In this document: piece after piece, positions 20,404-29,491 of the stretch
How positions within the stretch are numbered: the stretch's first letter is position 1
Layout: every line of letters begins with the position of its first letter
Origin: an uncultured Candidatus Saccharibacteria bacterium
GTDB lineage: Bacteria; Patescibacteriota; Saccharimonadia; Saccharimonadales; CAZICT01
NCBI GenBank assembly: GCA_964537935.1
Contig: CAZICT010000005.1
Coordinates: 1-62,795 of the forward strand
Direction: 5' to 3'
DNA length: 62,795 nucleotides
Position numbers and translations under genes: made by a program
The notes under the pieces: model-generated
The model's input: the letters and a program-made list of their open reading frames with translations, nothing else
The model's database searches: none
What the model was told of the DNA's origin: nothing

Positions 20404-23286
20404 ATGCAGCGCTACAATCCAAAAGACATTGAACCTAAGTGGCAAAAATCATGGGCCGAAGCTGAGCTTTATAAAGCGGTTGATTTTGACGAATCGCGTC
20501 AAAAATACGTAATGCTTACAGAGTTTCCGTATCCTTCGGGCGACGGACTGCATCTTGGACATGTCCGGGAATATACTCTTGGCGACATTATGGCGCGACA
20601 CAAGCGCATGCTTGGCTACAACGTTCTTTATCCGATGGGCTATGATGCCTTTGGCTTGCCGACCGAGAATTTTGCCATAAAGAATAAAATCGCACCACAG
20701 CTAGCTACCGAACGTAATATAAGTAATTTTCGCAAGCAGTTTGATAGCCTTGGTTATAGCATAGACTGGAGTCGTTCGTTTTCCACTACAGACCCGGATT
20801 ACTACAAATGGACCCAGTGGCTTTTTTTGCAATTCGTAAAAGCCGGGCTGGCATATCAAGATGAGATTGCAATTAACTGGTGTCCAAAATGTAAGACAGG
20901 GCTAGCCAACGAAGAGGTGGTAAACGGCCGACACGAACGTTGTGATACTCCTGTAGAAAAAAAGCTTCTCAAGCAATGGTTGCTGAAAATTACCGACTAC
21001 GCCGACCGCTTGATTGATGGACTCATGAGCGTTGACTACCCGCCTCGAATAGCCGATCAACAGATTAATTGGATCGGCCGAAGTCGCGGAGCTGAGATTA
21101 TTTTTGATGTCCAAAATTCCGAGCATAAAATTACCGTTTTTACGACTCGGCCTGATACCTTGTTCGGTGCAACTTTCATGGTTATAGCCCCCGAGCATCC
21201 TCTGGTAGATAAACTGACAGCGCCAGAAGAAAAGTCAAAGGTAATAGATTACGTAAAGGCCGCAGAGGCTAAGAGTGAAATTGAGCGCCAAGACACCGAC
21301 CGAGAAAAGACAGGCGTGTTTACCGGTTCATACGCGATTAACCCAATCAACCAGCAAAAAATCCCTATCTGGGTGGCGGATTACGTGCTTATGGGTTACG
21401 GCACAGGAGCGATTATGGCGGTGCCTGCCCATGATGAACGGGATAATGACTTCGCATCTGTTCATAATCTGCCAGTGGTAACTGTCGTTGAGCCAGTCAG
21501 CGGCAAAAAACAGGGGGATGAAGTCGAAAAAGATGCCATAGTGGCGGTCGTGCATAACCCAAAAACTGATGAATACTTAATGCTTGATTGGGGGCCGCGT
21601 CAAGACCGTTTTGGCGGAAATCTATTCATTGGTGGCGGTATGGATGAAGGAGAAGATCCGGTTAAGTGCGCCGAACGCGAGATAGCCGAAGAAACAGGCT
21701 ACACCAACGTTAAGCACATTACGACACTACCCTATGTCGTCCACAGTTACTACTATTCAAACGTTAAAAACAAAAACTATTATGCAAAAATGCACGGACT
21801 ATTATTTGAGCTGGTAGATGACAGTAAATCTGAACTGGCGCTTGATGAGGGCGAGAAAAATAAATTCAAACCATTTTGGGTAAACCGTCAAAAAGCGGCT
21901 CAGCTGGTAGACGATGACGGCCATAGCTATATATTCGAAGCTTTAACCGACAGCCTGCACTATACCGGCGAAGGAATAATGACTAATTCCGGCAAATATG
22001 ATGGTACATATTCGAGTGAGGCGAGAGAGCAAATCGTTAAGGATCTTATAAAGGAACGCAAAGCCAAGGAGCGTACCAATTATCGATTGCGTGACTGGAT
22101 CTTCAGCCGGCAACATTACTGGGGCGAACCAATACCTATTATCCATTGTCGAAAAGACGGTGCCGTGCCCGTACCTGATGATCAGCTTCCGGTAACACTG
22201 CCAGAAGTAGATAATTACGAGCCGACCGATACGGGCGAAAGCCCTTTGGCGGCAATAGATGAGTGGGTAAACGTTTCCTGTCCGATATGTGGCGGGCCGG
22301 CCAAACGCGAAACCGATACTATGCCAAACTGGGCAGGCAGCAGCTGGTATTACTTACGTTACTACGATGCTCGCAATGATCAGGCATTCGCTGACCGCGA
22401 AAAGTTGGATTATTGGGGTGCGGTAGATCTGTATTTGGGCGGAATGGAACACACCACCCTACACCTTCTCTACTCGAGGTTTTGGCATCAATTTTTCTAT
22501 GACCAAGGATTGGTACCCACACCTGAGCCATATCAAGCGAGACGAGGGCAGGGTATTGTTTTGGCGACTGACGGCACAAAGATGAGTAAAAGCAAAGGCA
22601 ATATAGTAAATCCGACGGATATCATCGACCAAGGCTATGGAGCTGATGCTTTGCGTGTGGCGATTGCTTTCTTGGCGCCATATGATCAGACCACGCCATG
22701 GAGCCCGGAGGGCGTGGCTGGAACTTATCGTTTCTTAAACCGCATTTGGACGTTAACGTTTGAATACCTGGACAGCGATACAAAAGATAAAGATGATAAA
22801 TCAAATACACTAGCAAAACTGACGCATCCGATAATAAAGAAAGTAAGCGAAGATTTGCATGACATGGCTTTTAATACCGCAATTTCGGCACTCATGGAGC
22901 TCACTAATGCACTATATAAACACAAAGCCGCACACGGCTATGGAGATTCTGCCTGGCGAGATGCTTTATTAACGTTAATTAAGCTTACTGCGCCGTTTGC
23001 TCCTCACATGACCGAAGAATTATGGCAACAACTTGGTCAGAAAGGGTCCGTACACGTTAGCGACTGGCCGATGTGGGATGATAAATTCCTGAAAAGTGAT
23101 ACGATTACAATCGCAGTACAGGTTAACGGCAAAGTACGGGCCGAAATAGATCTTCCGTCAGATATAACTGAAGAGAAAGCCCTGCAGATAGCCCGCGAAA
23201 ATAAAAAGGTGGCCGGATATTTAGCCGACCACCCGGTAAAAAAAGCGATTTACATACCTGGGAAAATTATCAACTTCGTGATTTAA
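20404..23286 (+). CDS. leuS: leucine--tRNA ligase carrying an inserted Nudix domain
   Basis: HLGH (HIGH-type), KMSKS, editing-domain motifs TTRPDTLFG and GTGAIMAVPAHDERD. A perfect Nudix box lies at aa 411-433 (nt 21634-21702). Confidence 0.95.
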   Translation: MQRYNPKDIEPKWQKSWAEAELYKAVDFDESRQKYVMLTEFPYPSGDGLHLGHVREYTLGDIMARHKRMLGYNVLYPMGYDAFGLPTENFAIKNKIAPQLATERNISNFRKQFDSLGYSIDWSRSFSTTDPDYYKWTQWLFLQFVKAGLAYQDEIAINWCPKCKTGLANEEVVNGRHERCDTPVEKKLLKQWLLKITDYADRLIDGLMSVDYPPRIADQQINWIGRSRGAEIIFDVQNSEHKITVFTTRPDTLFGATFMVIAPEHPLVDKLTAPEEKSKVIDYVKAAEAKSEIERQDTDREKTGVFTGSYAINPINQQKIPIWVADYVLMGYGTGAIMAVPAHDERDNDFASVHNLPVVTVVEPVSGKKQGDEVEKDAIVAVVHNPKTDEYLMLDWGPRQDRFGGNLFIGGGMDEGEDPVKCAEREIAEETGYTNVKHITTLPYVVHSYYYSNVKNKNYYAKMHGLLFELVDDSKSELALDEGEKNKFKPFWVNRQKAAQLVDDDGHSYIFEALTDSLHYTGEGIMTNSGKYDGTYSSEAREQIVKDLIKERKAKERTNYRLRDWIFSRQHYWGEPIPIIHCRKDGAVPVPDDQLPVTLPEVDNYEPTDTGESPLAAIDEWVNVSCPICGGPAKRETDTMPNWAGSSWYYLRYYDARNDQAFADREKLDYWGAVDLYLGGMEHTTLHLLYSRFWHQFFYDQGLVPTPEPYQARRGQGIVLATDGTKMSKSKGNIVNPTDIIDQGYGADALRVAIAFLAPYDQTTPWSPEGVAGTYRFLNRIWTLTFEYLDSDTKDKDDKSNTLAKLTHPIIKKVSEDLHDMAFNTAISALMELTNALYKHKAAHGYGDSAWRDALLTLIKLTAPFAPHMTEELWQQLGQKGSVHVSDWPMWDDKFLKSDTITIAVQVNGKVRAEIDLPSDITEEKALQIARENKKVAGYLADHPVKKAIYIPGKIINFVI

Positions 23287-23534
23287 AGGAATTGGTGTAA
23301 GTCGATAATATCCGGTGGTATTTTCACCCTAACAAATTCCGGGTCCTCCATGCAGTTATAAACTGCTAATCTACCCGCTTCGGCAGCGGTTGGTTGGGTT
23401 ATTTGAGCGGTTTGTATTTCCAAAGATGTGCAGGCACGCTTCATGGCCTGTCGCTGTAAGGCGAAGTCATCGATATTATTACCCTTAGTAATTATTTCGT
23501 GGGGATTTTGTTTATGTAAGACAGTAGCTATCAT
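23283..23534 (-). CDS. hypothetical protein
   Basis: 83-aa ORF convergent with leuS. No motifs. Confidence 0.4.
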   Translation of the reverse strand: MIATVLHKQNPHEIITKGNNIDDFALQRQAMKRACTSLEIQTAQITQPTAAEAGRLAVYNCMEDPEFVRVKIPPDIIDLHQFL

Positions 23535-23555
23535 TATTTAACTTTTCGGTATAAA

Positions 23556-23969
23556 TTAGTTGCCTTGAGCGGGAATATCCTCAAACGGAAGGCTAAGTCG
23601 TTCAGCCGCTTCTGAAGGGTCTCCGTCTGCTTCTTGGCAAGCGGTTATTTCGTCAAACACTTCGGCAGGTCGATGGATGCGTCCGTCTTCTCCGGTGTAG
23701 AGATCAACCTCTTCGCCGGTTAATGTAGAGACACACGCCTCCATAGCAGCTTCTCGATCCGCGTCTTTGGATTCATAATGCATGATACCCATGGCCGCAA
23801 GGCCGGTCATTACGATTGCCCCGGCAGCTATAGCTGCGCGCTTAACTTTCTCGTTAAAAGAAAGCGGCTGGCGGTTGGGGTTCTGAACGTGATTGGCGAT
23901 TACTACCAAAGGATCGGTTTCGTAAGTTATCATGATTATAATTATAGCACTTATGGTAATTATTGTCAA
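23556..23969 (-). CDS. hypothetical membrane-anchored protein
   Basis: 137-aa ORF with one TM helix (AAIAAGAIVMTGLAAMGIM). Exact start is uncertain. Confidence 0.45.
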   Translation of the reverse strand: MTIITISAIIIIMITYETDPLVVIANHVQNPNRQPLSFNEKVKRAAIAAGAIVMTGLAAMGIMHYESKDADREAAMEACVSTLTGEEVDLYTGEDGRIHRPAEVFDEITACQEADGDPSEAAERLSLPFEDIPAQGN

Positions 23970-24064
23970 TAAACTTGTTGGTCTATATTCTTGAGGTTTT
24001 CGGCTTTATAAAGTATGATATATGTAAATTTTATCAGTAAGAATAGAAAGTGAGTTGACTTTTT

Positions 24065-24226
24065 ATGGGAAAACCAAAGAAGCGTACGACCCCGCGACGC
24101 ACCGGAAATCGTCGCAGTCATCTTGTAGTCAAGCTTGCCAGAGCGGTGAACGCAAAATCACCGGTAAAGGCCTATACTACACGCCGCGAGAGTGGCAAAA
24201 AGCTTACAGAATCTGTTAAGAAATAA
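24065..24226 (+). CDS. rpmF: 50S ribosomal protein L32
   Basis: Hand-translated 53-aa ORF, below the ORF-track cutoff. MGKPKKRTTPRRTGNRRSHLVVKL matches the bL32 N-terminal signature. Confidence 0.8.
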   Translation: MGKPKKRTTPRRTGNRRSHLVVKLARAVNAKSPVKAYTTRRESGKKLTESVKK

Positions 24227-24289
24227 CAGTATTGTTGCTTTATGTCCCGGTAAATCCGTGGAATAATAGATAAAAAGGAAATTAACAAT

Positions 24290-24760
24290 ATGGCATCAAA
24301 CCGACATCTGGGTAGGATCATAGCGCTACAGACACTGTATGAGCAGGATTTTCGACTAAGCTGCAATGATAAGTCGTTTGATTTGGATAAGGTGCTAAAG
24401 CGGAATATATCCCGCTACGAATCCACCGTTGATGATCGCGATTTTATTGCCGAACTGGTTAACGGGACAGCGGTAAAGCAAGAAGAACTTGACGCTATAC
24501 TCCAGCCAATCGCGCCGGAATGGCCCTTGGACCAGATAGCTCGAATGGATCGAATTGTTTTGAGAATCGGGGCATATGAGCTTCTGTATTCCGAAGGAGT
24601 TCCATCGAAAGTAGTCATTAACGAAGCGGTCGAGCTGGCAAAAGCTTTTGGAGGCGATAACTCCAGTAAATTTGTGAACGGCGTACTCGGAACGGTGCTA
24701 CGCAACAAAGAAGAATCATCTCAAAACAAAAAAGCTCCAAAGGAAGTAAAGAAATCTTAA
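24290..24760 (+). CDS. nusB: transcription antitermination factor NusB
   Basis: RIIALQTLYEQDF ... INEAVELAKAFGGDNSSKFVNGVLG are typical NusB motifs. Confidence 0.9.
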   Translation: MASNRHLGRIIALQTLYEQDFRLSCNDKSFDLDKVLKRNISRYESTVDDRDFIAELVNGTAVKQEELDAILQPIAPEWPLDQIARMDRIVLRIGAYELLYSEGVPSKVVINEAVELAKAFGGDNSSKFVNGVLGTVLRNKEESSQNKKAPKEVKKS

Positions 24761-24773
24761 GAATAAAGTTTAT

Positions 24774-25274
24774 ATGAAGAGACCGAAGCCAATTCAGGGA
24801 ATAAAGAAGTTTGTCCGCAAACGCCGGCCGGCTATCAACGAGGTAGTGCGAGAGCCGACCGCAGGCGGTGTTATTTTTAGGCGCAACAAAAAAAATAATG
24901 AAATTGAAATTTTATTAATCCAAGACGCCAAAGACCGGTGGACAATTCCAAAGGGGCATATCGAAGAAGGCGAGAGCGCAAAAGATACGGCCGAGCGGGA
25001 GATTCGCGAAGAAACAGGACTCCAAGATATGAAAGTGCTTAACTGGCTCGGGAAAATAAATTTTCGTTATCGTAGAGCTTCAAGTCTGGTGCTGATGACA
25101 ACTGAAATTTTTCTCGTTAAAGCTCTTGGTGATACAGATAAGCTTAAACCAGAAGATTGGATGAATGGCATAAAATGGTTTAGTGCCAACGAAGCACTTG
25201 ATAAAATTGAATATGAAGATATCGGTAAGCTAATTTTACTGGGACTTAAAAAGATACGGCAGGCCCAACTCTAA
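24774..25274 (+). CDS. NUDIX hydrolase
   Basis: Nudix box GHIEEGESAKDTAEREIREETGL. Confidence 0.85.
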   Translation: MKRPKPIQGIKKFVRKRRPAINEVVREPTAGGVIFRRNKKNNEIEILLIQDAKDRWTIPKGHIEEGESAKDTAEREIREETGLQDMKVLNWLGKINFRYRRASSLVLMTTEIFLVKALGDTDKLKPEDWMNGIKWFSANEALDKIEYEDIGKLILLGLKKIRQAQL

Positions 25275-25278
25275 AACT

Positions 25279-25977
25279 ATGCAGGACTACACGAAATATT
25301 CCGACTTTGCCAAAAACAATCTGGGAGTAACATTTAATAACATCGAATTGCTGGTTACGGCTTTTACTCATCGTTCGTACGTTAATGAGCACCGTAAAAC
25401 CACTCATGAGCATAACGAACGCCTGGAGTTCCTTGGTGATGCAGTGCTTGAGCTGGTGGCTACGGAGTTTTTATACACAAACTATCCGGACCCGGAGGGT
25501 GTACTGACAAACTGGCGCAGCTCATTGGTTCGTACTGAGAGTATCAGCGCGGCCGGAGCAAAAATCGGCTTCGAGCCCCTACTGCGTCTGAGTCGTGGCG
25601 AGAAGCGCGGCACCGACAGGGCTAGAGCACAGATTCTTGCCAATGCCTATGAAGCAGTCATAGGGGCGCTGTATCTTGATCAGGGTTTTGATGCCGCCAA
25701 GCAGTTTATACACGACACCTTGCTTGTTACATTCGATGACATTTTATCTTCCGGTTCGTGGATGGACCCAAAATCGCAGCTACAGGAGATTGTTCAGAGC
25801 CGGGATGGACATACCCCGCTATACAAAGTGCTTTCAGAAGAAGGCCCCGATCACGAGAAAACTTTTACGGTCGGGGTATACGTTGGAACTAAATTGGTCG
25901 GCAAGGGCTCTGGCCCTAGTAAACAGGCAGGCCAGGTAGCTGCTGCTGAAAAGGCACTTAAAAAATACCAGACCTAA
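25279..25977 (+). CDS. rnc: ribonuclease III
   Basis: Signature ERLEFLGDAVLE plus a C-terminal dsRBD (GPDHEKTFTVGV...). Confidence 0.95.
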   Translation: MQDYTKYSDFAKNNLGVTFNNIELLVTAFTHRSYVNEHRKTTHEHNERLEFLGDAVLELVATEFLYTNYPDPEGVLTNWRSSLVRTESISAAGAKIGFEPLLRLSRGEKRGTDRARAQILANAYEAVIGALYLDQGFDAAKQFIHDTLLVTFDDILSSGSWMDPKSQLQEIVQSRDGHTPLYKVLSEEGPDHEKTFTVGVYVGTKLVGKGSGPSKQAGQVAAAEKALKKYQT

Positions 25978-26083
25978 AGTTTATCTGTTGACAAGAGACA
26001 GCCTTCTCTGTAGAATATCGGAGATTGACCAATAAACTAGTAACCCTACAGTAGGGAAGTGAGAGTTAAGAGTAAGAACTGAT

Positions 26084-26509
26084 ATGTTAGCTATACGTTT
26101 GCAACGAACCGGTCGTAAAGGATACGCACAATACCGTGTAATTGTTCAGGACGCACGACGCACCCCGACAAGCGGAAAGGTTGTCGCAAGCATTGGCAAT
26201 TTCAATCCGCACACTAAGGAAGCGACCCTGGATACTGAAAAAGCAACTTATTATCTCAAAAACGGTGCCCAGCCTTCTGACCGTGTAGCACGGCTATTGA
26301 GTGATAACGGTGTAAAGCTTCCTGATTGGGTCTCGCTCGTTGGTGAGAAAAAGCGCTCTACCCGCAATCCAGAAAAGCTTCGACGAAACCAGCCTGAAGA
26401 AATAAAAGAAGAAAAAGCAGCAAGCGAAGATACCGCTGCTGAAGCTGAAGAAGCTCCTACTGAAGAAGTGGCAGCAGAAGCAACGGAAGCTCCTGCCGAA
26501 GAAGCATAA
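26084..26509 (+). CDS. rpsP: 30S ribosomal protein S16 with an acidic Ala/Glu-rich C-terminal extension
   Basis: MLAIRLQRTGRKGYAQYRVIVQDARRTPTSGKVVASIGNFNPH. Confidence 0.95.
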   Translation: MLAIRLQRTGRKGYAQYRVIVQDARRTPTSGKVVASIGNFNPHTKEATLDTEKATYYLKNGAQPSDRVARLLSDNGVKLPDWVSLVGEKKRSTRNPEKLRRNQPEEIKEEKAASEDTAAEAEEAPTEEVAAEATEAPAEEA

Positions 26510-26529
26510 TTTAGTCAAGATAGTTAAAA

Positions 26530-26562
26530 ACACCGCACCTTAAAAGTATGCGGTGTTTTTGT
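26530..26562 (+). terminator. rho-independent terminator after rpsP
   Basis: Stem acaccgca/tgcggtgt followed by ttttgttt. Confidence 0.75.
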
Positions 26563-26676
26563 TTAGTATGGCTTAAATCTTAAATCACTCTTACGTTAAA
26601 ACGAAACCGATTAATGGTCTCTGCGGCATATTTGCTATAATGTAATTTGTACCTGTAATTGGAGGAACGACAGATC

Positions 26677-27060
26677 ATGAGCACTATTGACCAACAATTT
26701 GTAGAATTTATCGTAAAGTCTCTCGTCAGCAATCCTGACAACGTCCAGGTAGAACGACGTATCGATGAGAAGGGAGTTTTGCTGGAGTTGACGGTTGACC
26801 CGGAGGATTTAGGTAGGGTTATAGGAAAGCGCGGAGCGACGGCTCAAAGCCTCAGAACACTTCTCAGGGCGTTAGGCACTAAGAATGATGCTCGATATAA
26901 TTTGAAAATAGTAGACCCTGGTGAAGGCGGACATACCGGTGGGACTGGTACAACAGACGCTCAAAATAGCGATGATGATGCCGATAATCAAGACGATCAA
27001 AGCGATGTTGTAAGTAAAACCCGAAAAGAACTTGAAGATTTAGACGATTTAGACGTATAA
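26677..27060 (+). CDS. KH-domain RNA-binding protein (YlqC/UPF0109-like) with an acidic tail
   Basis: GRVIGKRGATAQSLRTLL GXXG KH motif. ATG at 26677 preceded by GGAGGA. Confidence 0.85.
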   Translation: MSTIDQQFVEFIVKSLVSNPDNVQVERRIDEKGVLLELTVDPEDLGRVIGKRGATAQSLRTLLRALGTKNDARYNLKIVDPGEGGHTGGTGTTDAQNSDDDADNQDDQSDVVSKTRKELEDLDDLDV

Positions 27061-27171
27061 TCATACATGCAATCGGCTGCATCCTCACTACCAGCGAGCA
27101 AAACAAAAACACCTTACAAATAAAAGCTCATTGCGAGCCACCGTTATGGTGGGAGCTTTATGTGACAGAAC

Positions 27172-27201
27172 GAACCCGTTTATCGGGTTCTTTTTGTTTT
27201 T
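27172..27201 (+). terminator. rho-independent terminator
   Basis: Stem gaacccg/cgggttc with loop tttat, then tttttgttttt. Confidence 0.8.
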
Positions 27202-27311
27202 ACTGACAAGCCTGTGGTTTTTTCTCATCATTCATCGACAAAGCTGGCCCCTAAAGGGCAAATCCGCTGCTCTTTTCCCTTGGGCATCAACATGGTAGTA
27301 TAATAATTACA

Positions 27312-27968
27312 ATGAAAATACAAATTATCTCTTTATTTCCGGAGATGTTTTCGCCGGTCTTAGAAACAAGCATGCTTTGGAAGGCTAAAGATCGGGGTGT
27401 CGTCGAATATGAATATATCAATCTGCGAGACTTCGGTATAGGGAAGCGCAAAACGGTAGATGACACGCCTTATGGCGGCGGCGACGGCATGTTGCTAAAG
27501 CCAGAACCGTTGTTTGCCGCCGTTGAGCACTGTAAGGCGTCGAACCCTGAAGCGCTTGTCTATCTGATGACACCGCGCGGCGAACGCTTACGGCAACGGT
27601 TTGTACGACAAATTGCCAAAGAAGCTAAGGATATGATTATAATTTGCGCCAGGTACGAAGGGTATGATGAGCGGATCACGGCGATCGTAGACAGACAAAT
27701 TAGTATCGGTGACTACGTACTGACCGGCGGGGAACTGCCCGCGATGGTGTTAATTGATTCGGTGGTCCGTTTGTTGCCAGGAGTACTTGGCGGTGAAACA
27801 AGCGCTGAGGTGGAAAGCTTTAGTGACGGTGAAACATTGGAGTACCCACAATATACCCGTCCGGCTGAATTCCGCAACATGAAAGTACCCGACGTTCTTT
27901 TAAATGGAAACCACGGTGAGATTGCCAAGTGGCGGGAAGTGCAAAGTAGGGAGCAGCTTAATGGGTAA
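27312..27968 (+). CDS. trmD: tRNA (guanine37-N1)-methyltransferase
   Basis: DDTPYGGGDGMLL, ICARYEGYDERI and LTGGELPAMVLIDSV are TrmD motifs. Confidence 0.95.
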   Translation: MKIQIISLFPEMFSPVLETSMLWKAKDRGVVEYEYINLRDFGIGKRKTVDDTPYGGGDGMLLKPEPLFAAVEHCKASNPEALVYLMTPRGERLRQRFVRQIAKEAKDMIIICARYEGYDERITAIVDRQISIGDYVLTGGELPAMVLIDSVVRLLPGVLGGETSAEVESFSDGETLEYPQYTRPAEFRNMKVPDVLLNGNHGEIAKWREVQSREQLNG

Positions 27969-28731
27969 TATAATACCTTTTCCAGGTGGCGAGCGCGTTC
28001 TTGATGATAGAGCCCACGCAGCGCTTGAGCATTACATTTACGAAGCTCGTGATATTTTTACCGGGTCCCTGTTTAAATACGGCCCCCAAGCCTTGCGGCT
28101 CAGAGAAGCTATCCCTGAAAAAATGGAGGTGCTCCCACCAAGTGTTACATTGCCGTTTCCTGATGACGCTATCACAGGGGAGGGTATTGTATATGACCAA
28201 GATGCAAAAAGCTTCAAGATACCAAGTGATGAAATCAAGCCCGAGCAGAAGCAACACTTTTTAGAAAAGTACACCACTATTTCTGAGTCAGAAACGCAAA
28301 AGGCCGGGTGGTTTTGGACAGCGGCTGAGTTGTTTGGATTCATGGCTGTACGGACTGTTACAGAAGGAAAAGAGCGTCAACTGGCGGCGGTGACAAGCGA
28401 TAGCGCGCTGGAAGCTTGGATACATGAAGTTCATATGACGGAAGAAGATGTGCCTAATGTAAAGATTAATCAAGCTCTAAGAAACGAGTACGAGAACAGA
28501 ACGGCTATTATTCGTGCAGCGTCAGCGGTTATGCATTTTTGCCTCGATACAATGGAGGTATCCACAGAGCAAGGTGTAAGGCCATTATCGACAGTAGCCA
28601 ACAGGGCAGTAACTACCTACATGGGCGATAATCCGCTAAGCGTAAGAAGTAGATTGGATTTTCTCGCCTATACGCTTCCATTTGGAACGCAGGACCTAAG
28701 AGTTATATTTGCCACAGAATTGTCGGTATAG
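27961..28731 (+). CDS. hypothetical protein
   Basis: ATG at 27961 overlaps the trmD stop (ATGGGTAA coupling). 256 aa, no motifs. Confidence 0.5.
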   Translation: MGNIIPFPGGERVLDDRAHAALEHYIYEARDIFTGSLFKYGPQALRLREAIPEKMEVLPPSVTLPFPDDAITGEGIVYDQDAKSFKIPSDEIKPEQKQHFLEKYTTISESETQKAGWFWTAAELFGFMAVRTVTEGKERQLAAVTSDSALEAWIHEVHMTEEDVPNVKINQALRNEYENRTAIIRAASAVMHFCLDTMEVSTEQGVRPLSTVANRAVTTYMGDNPLSVRSRLDFLAYTLPFGTQDLRVIFATELSV

Positions 28732-28781
28732 TGGTTTATACTATTCACTGTGTGAAGTATGGAATATCAAAAGGAGAAGAT

Positions 28782-29168
28782 ATGTTTTTATTGAAATTCA
28801 TCAAACCAGTGTATGCGCATTGTGATTTGCCGTGCGGAGTGTATGATCCGGCCCAGGCTCGTATTGAGGCCGAATCGGTGTTAGGGATTATGAATAAATA
28901 TGACGGATTGAGCGATACTGATAAAGTTCGGGCAATCCATATTAAAGAACAGCGGGCTGAACTGGTTAAGCATCATCTATGGGTTCTGTGGACCGACTAT
29001 TTCAAGCCTGAACATCTTGACGGCCATCCAGATCTGCATGATTTATTTTGGCGGGCAACCAAGCAGGCCGGGCAAGCCAAGCGTTCAATCGATCCGGCCG
29101 AAGGCCAAAAGCTGTTAGAGCTGATTGATGAGATAGCGGCTATATTTACTGCTACAAAAAAGGGTTAG
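28782..29168 (+). CDS. sodN: nickel superoxide dismutase precursor
   Basis: Ni-hook HCDLPCGVYDP directly follows a 12-aa propeptide MFLLKFIKPVYA. ATG at 28782 after aaggagaag. Confidence 0.9.
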   Translation: MFLLKFIKPVYAHCDLPCGVYDPAQARIEAESVLGIMNKYDGLSDTDKVRAIHIKEQRAELVKHHLWVLWTDYFKPEHLDGHPDLHDLFWRATKQAGQAKRSIDPAEGQKLLELIDEIAAIFTATKKG

Positions 29169-29170
29169 CA

Positions 29171-29491
29171 ATGGTATGGCCGTTCATTATCCGGCGGGTC
29201 ACAGGTCACAGCATGATGCCTGTATTGCCGCCAAATACTTTAGTATTGGGTTGGCGGTGGTTTCAGAAACTGAAAGTCGGTACGGTCATAATTTTTTCTC
29301 ATAACAATATCGAGAAAATTAAACGCATAGCTTCAATTGACGAAAACGGTGATCTTTTCGTTGTGGGAGATAATCCCGACGGCAGTAGCGACAGTCGAAA
29401 ATTTGGAACCATCAAACGTTCCCAGGTACTGGCTAAAGTAGTAGCGCCACGGACCAAAACTGTAGCCGCTAACTCGCCGAAAGATATTTAG
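29171..29491 (+). CDS. sodX: S26-type signal-peptidase-like protease (NiSOD maturation protease, SodX-like)
   Basis: GHSMMPVLPPNT (GxSMxP catalytic Ser motif), VVGDNPDGSSDSR. Located immediately downstream of sodN. Confidence 0.75.
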   Translation: MVWPFIIRRVTGHSMMPVLPPNTLVLGWRWFQKLKVGTVIIFSHNNIEKIKRIASIDENGDLFVVGDNPDGSSDSRKFGTIKRSQVLAKVVAPRTKTVAANSPKDI

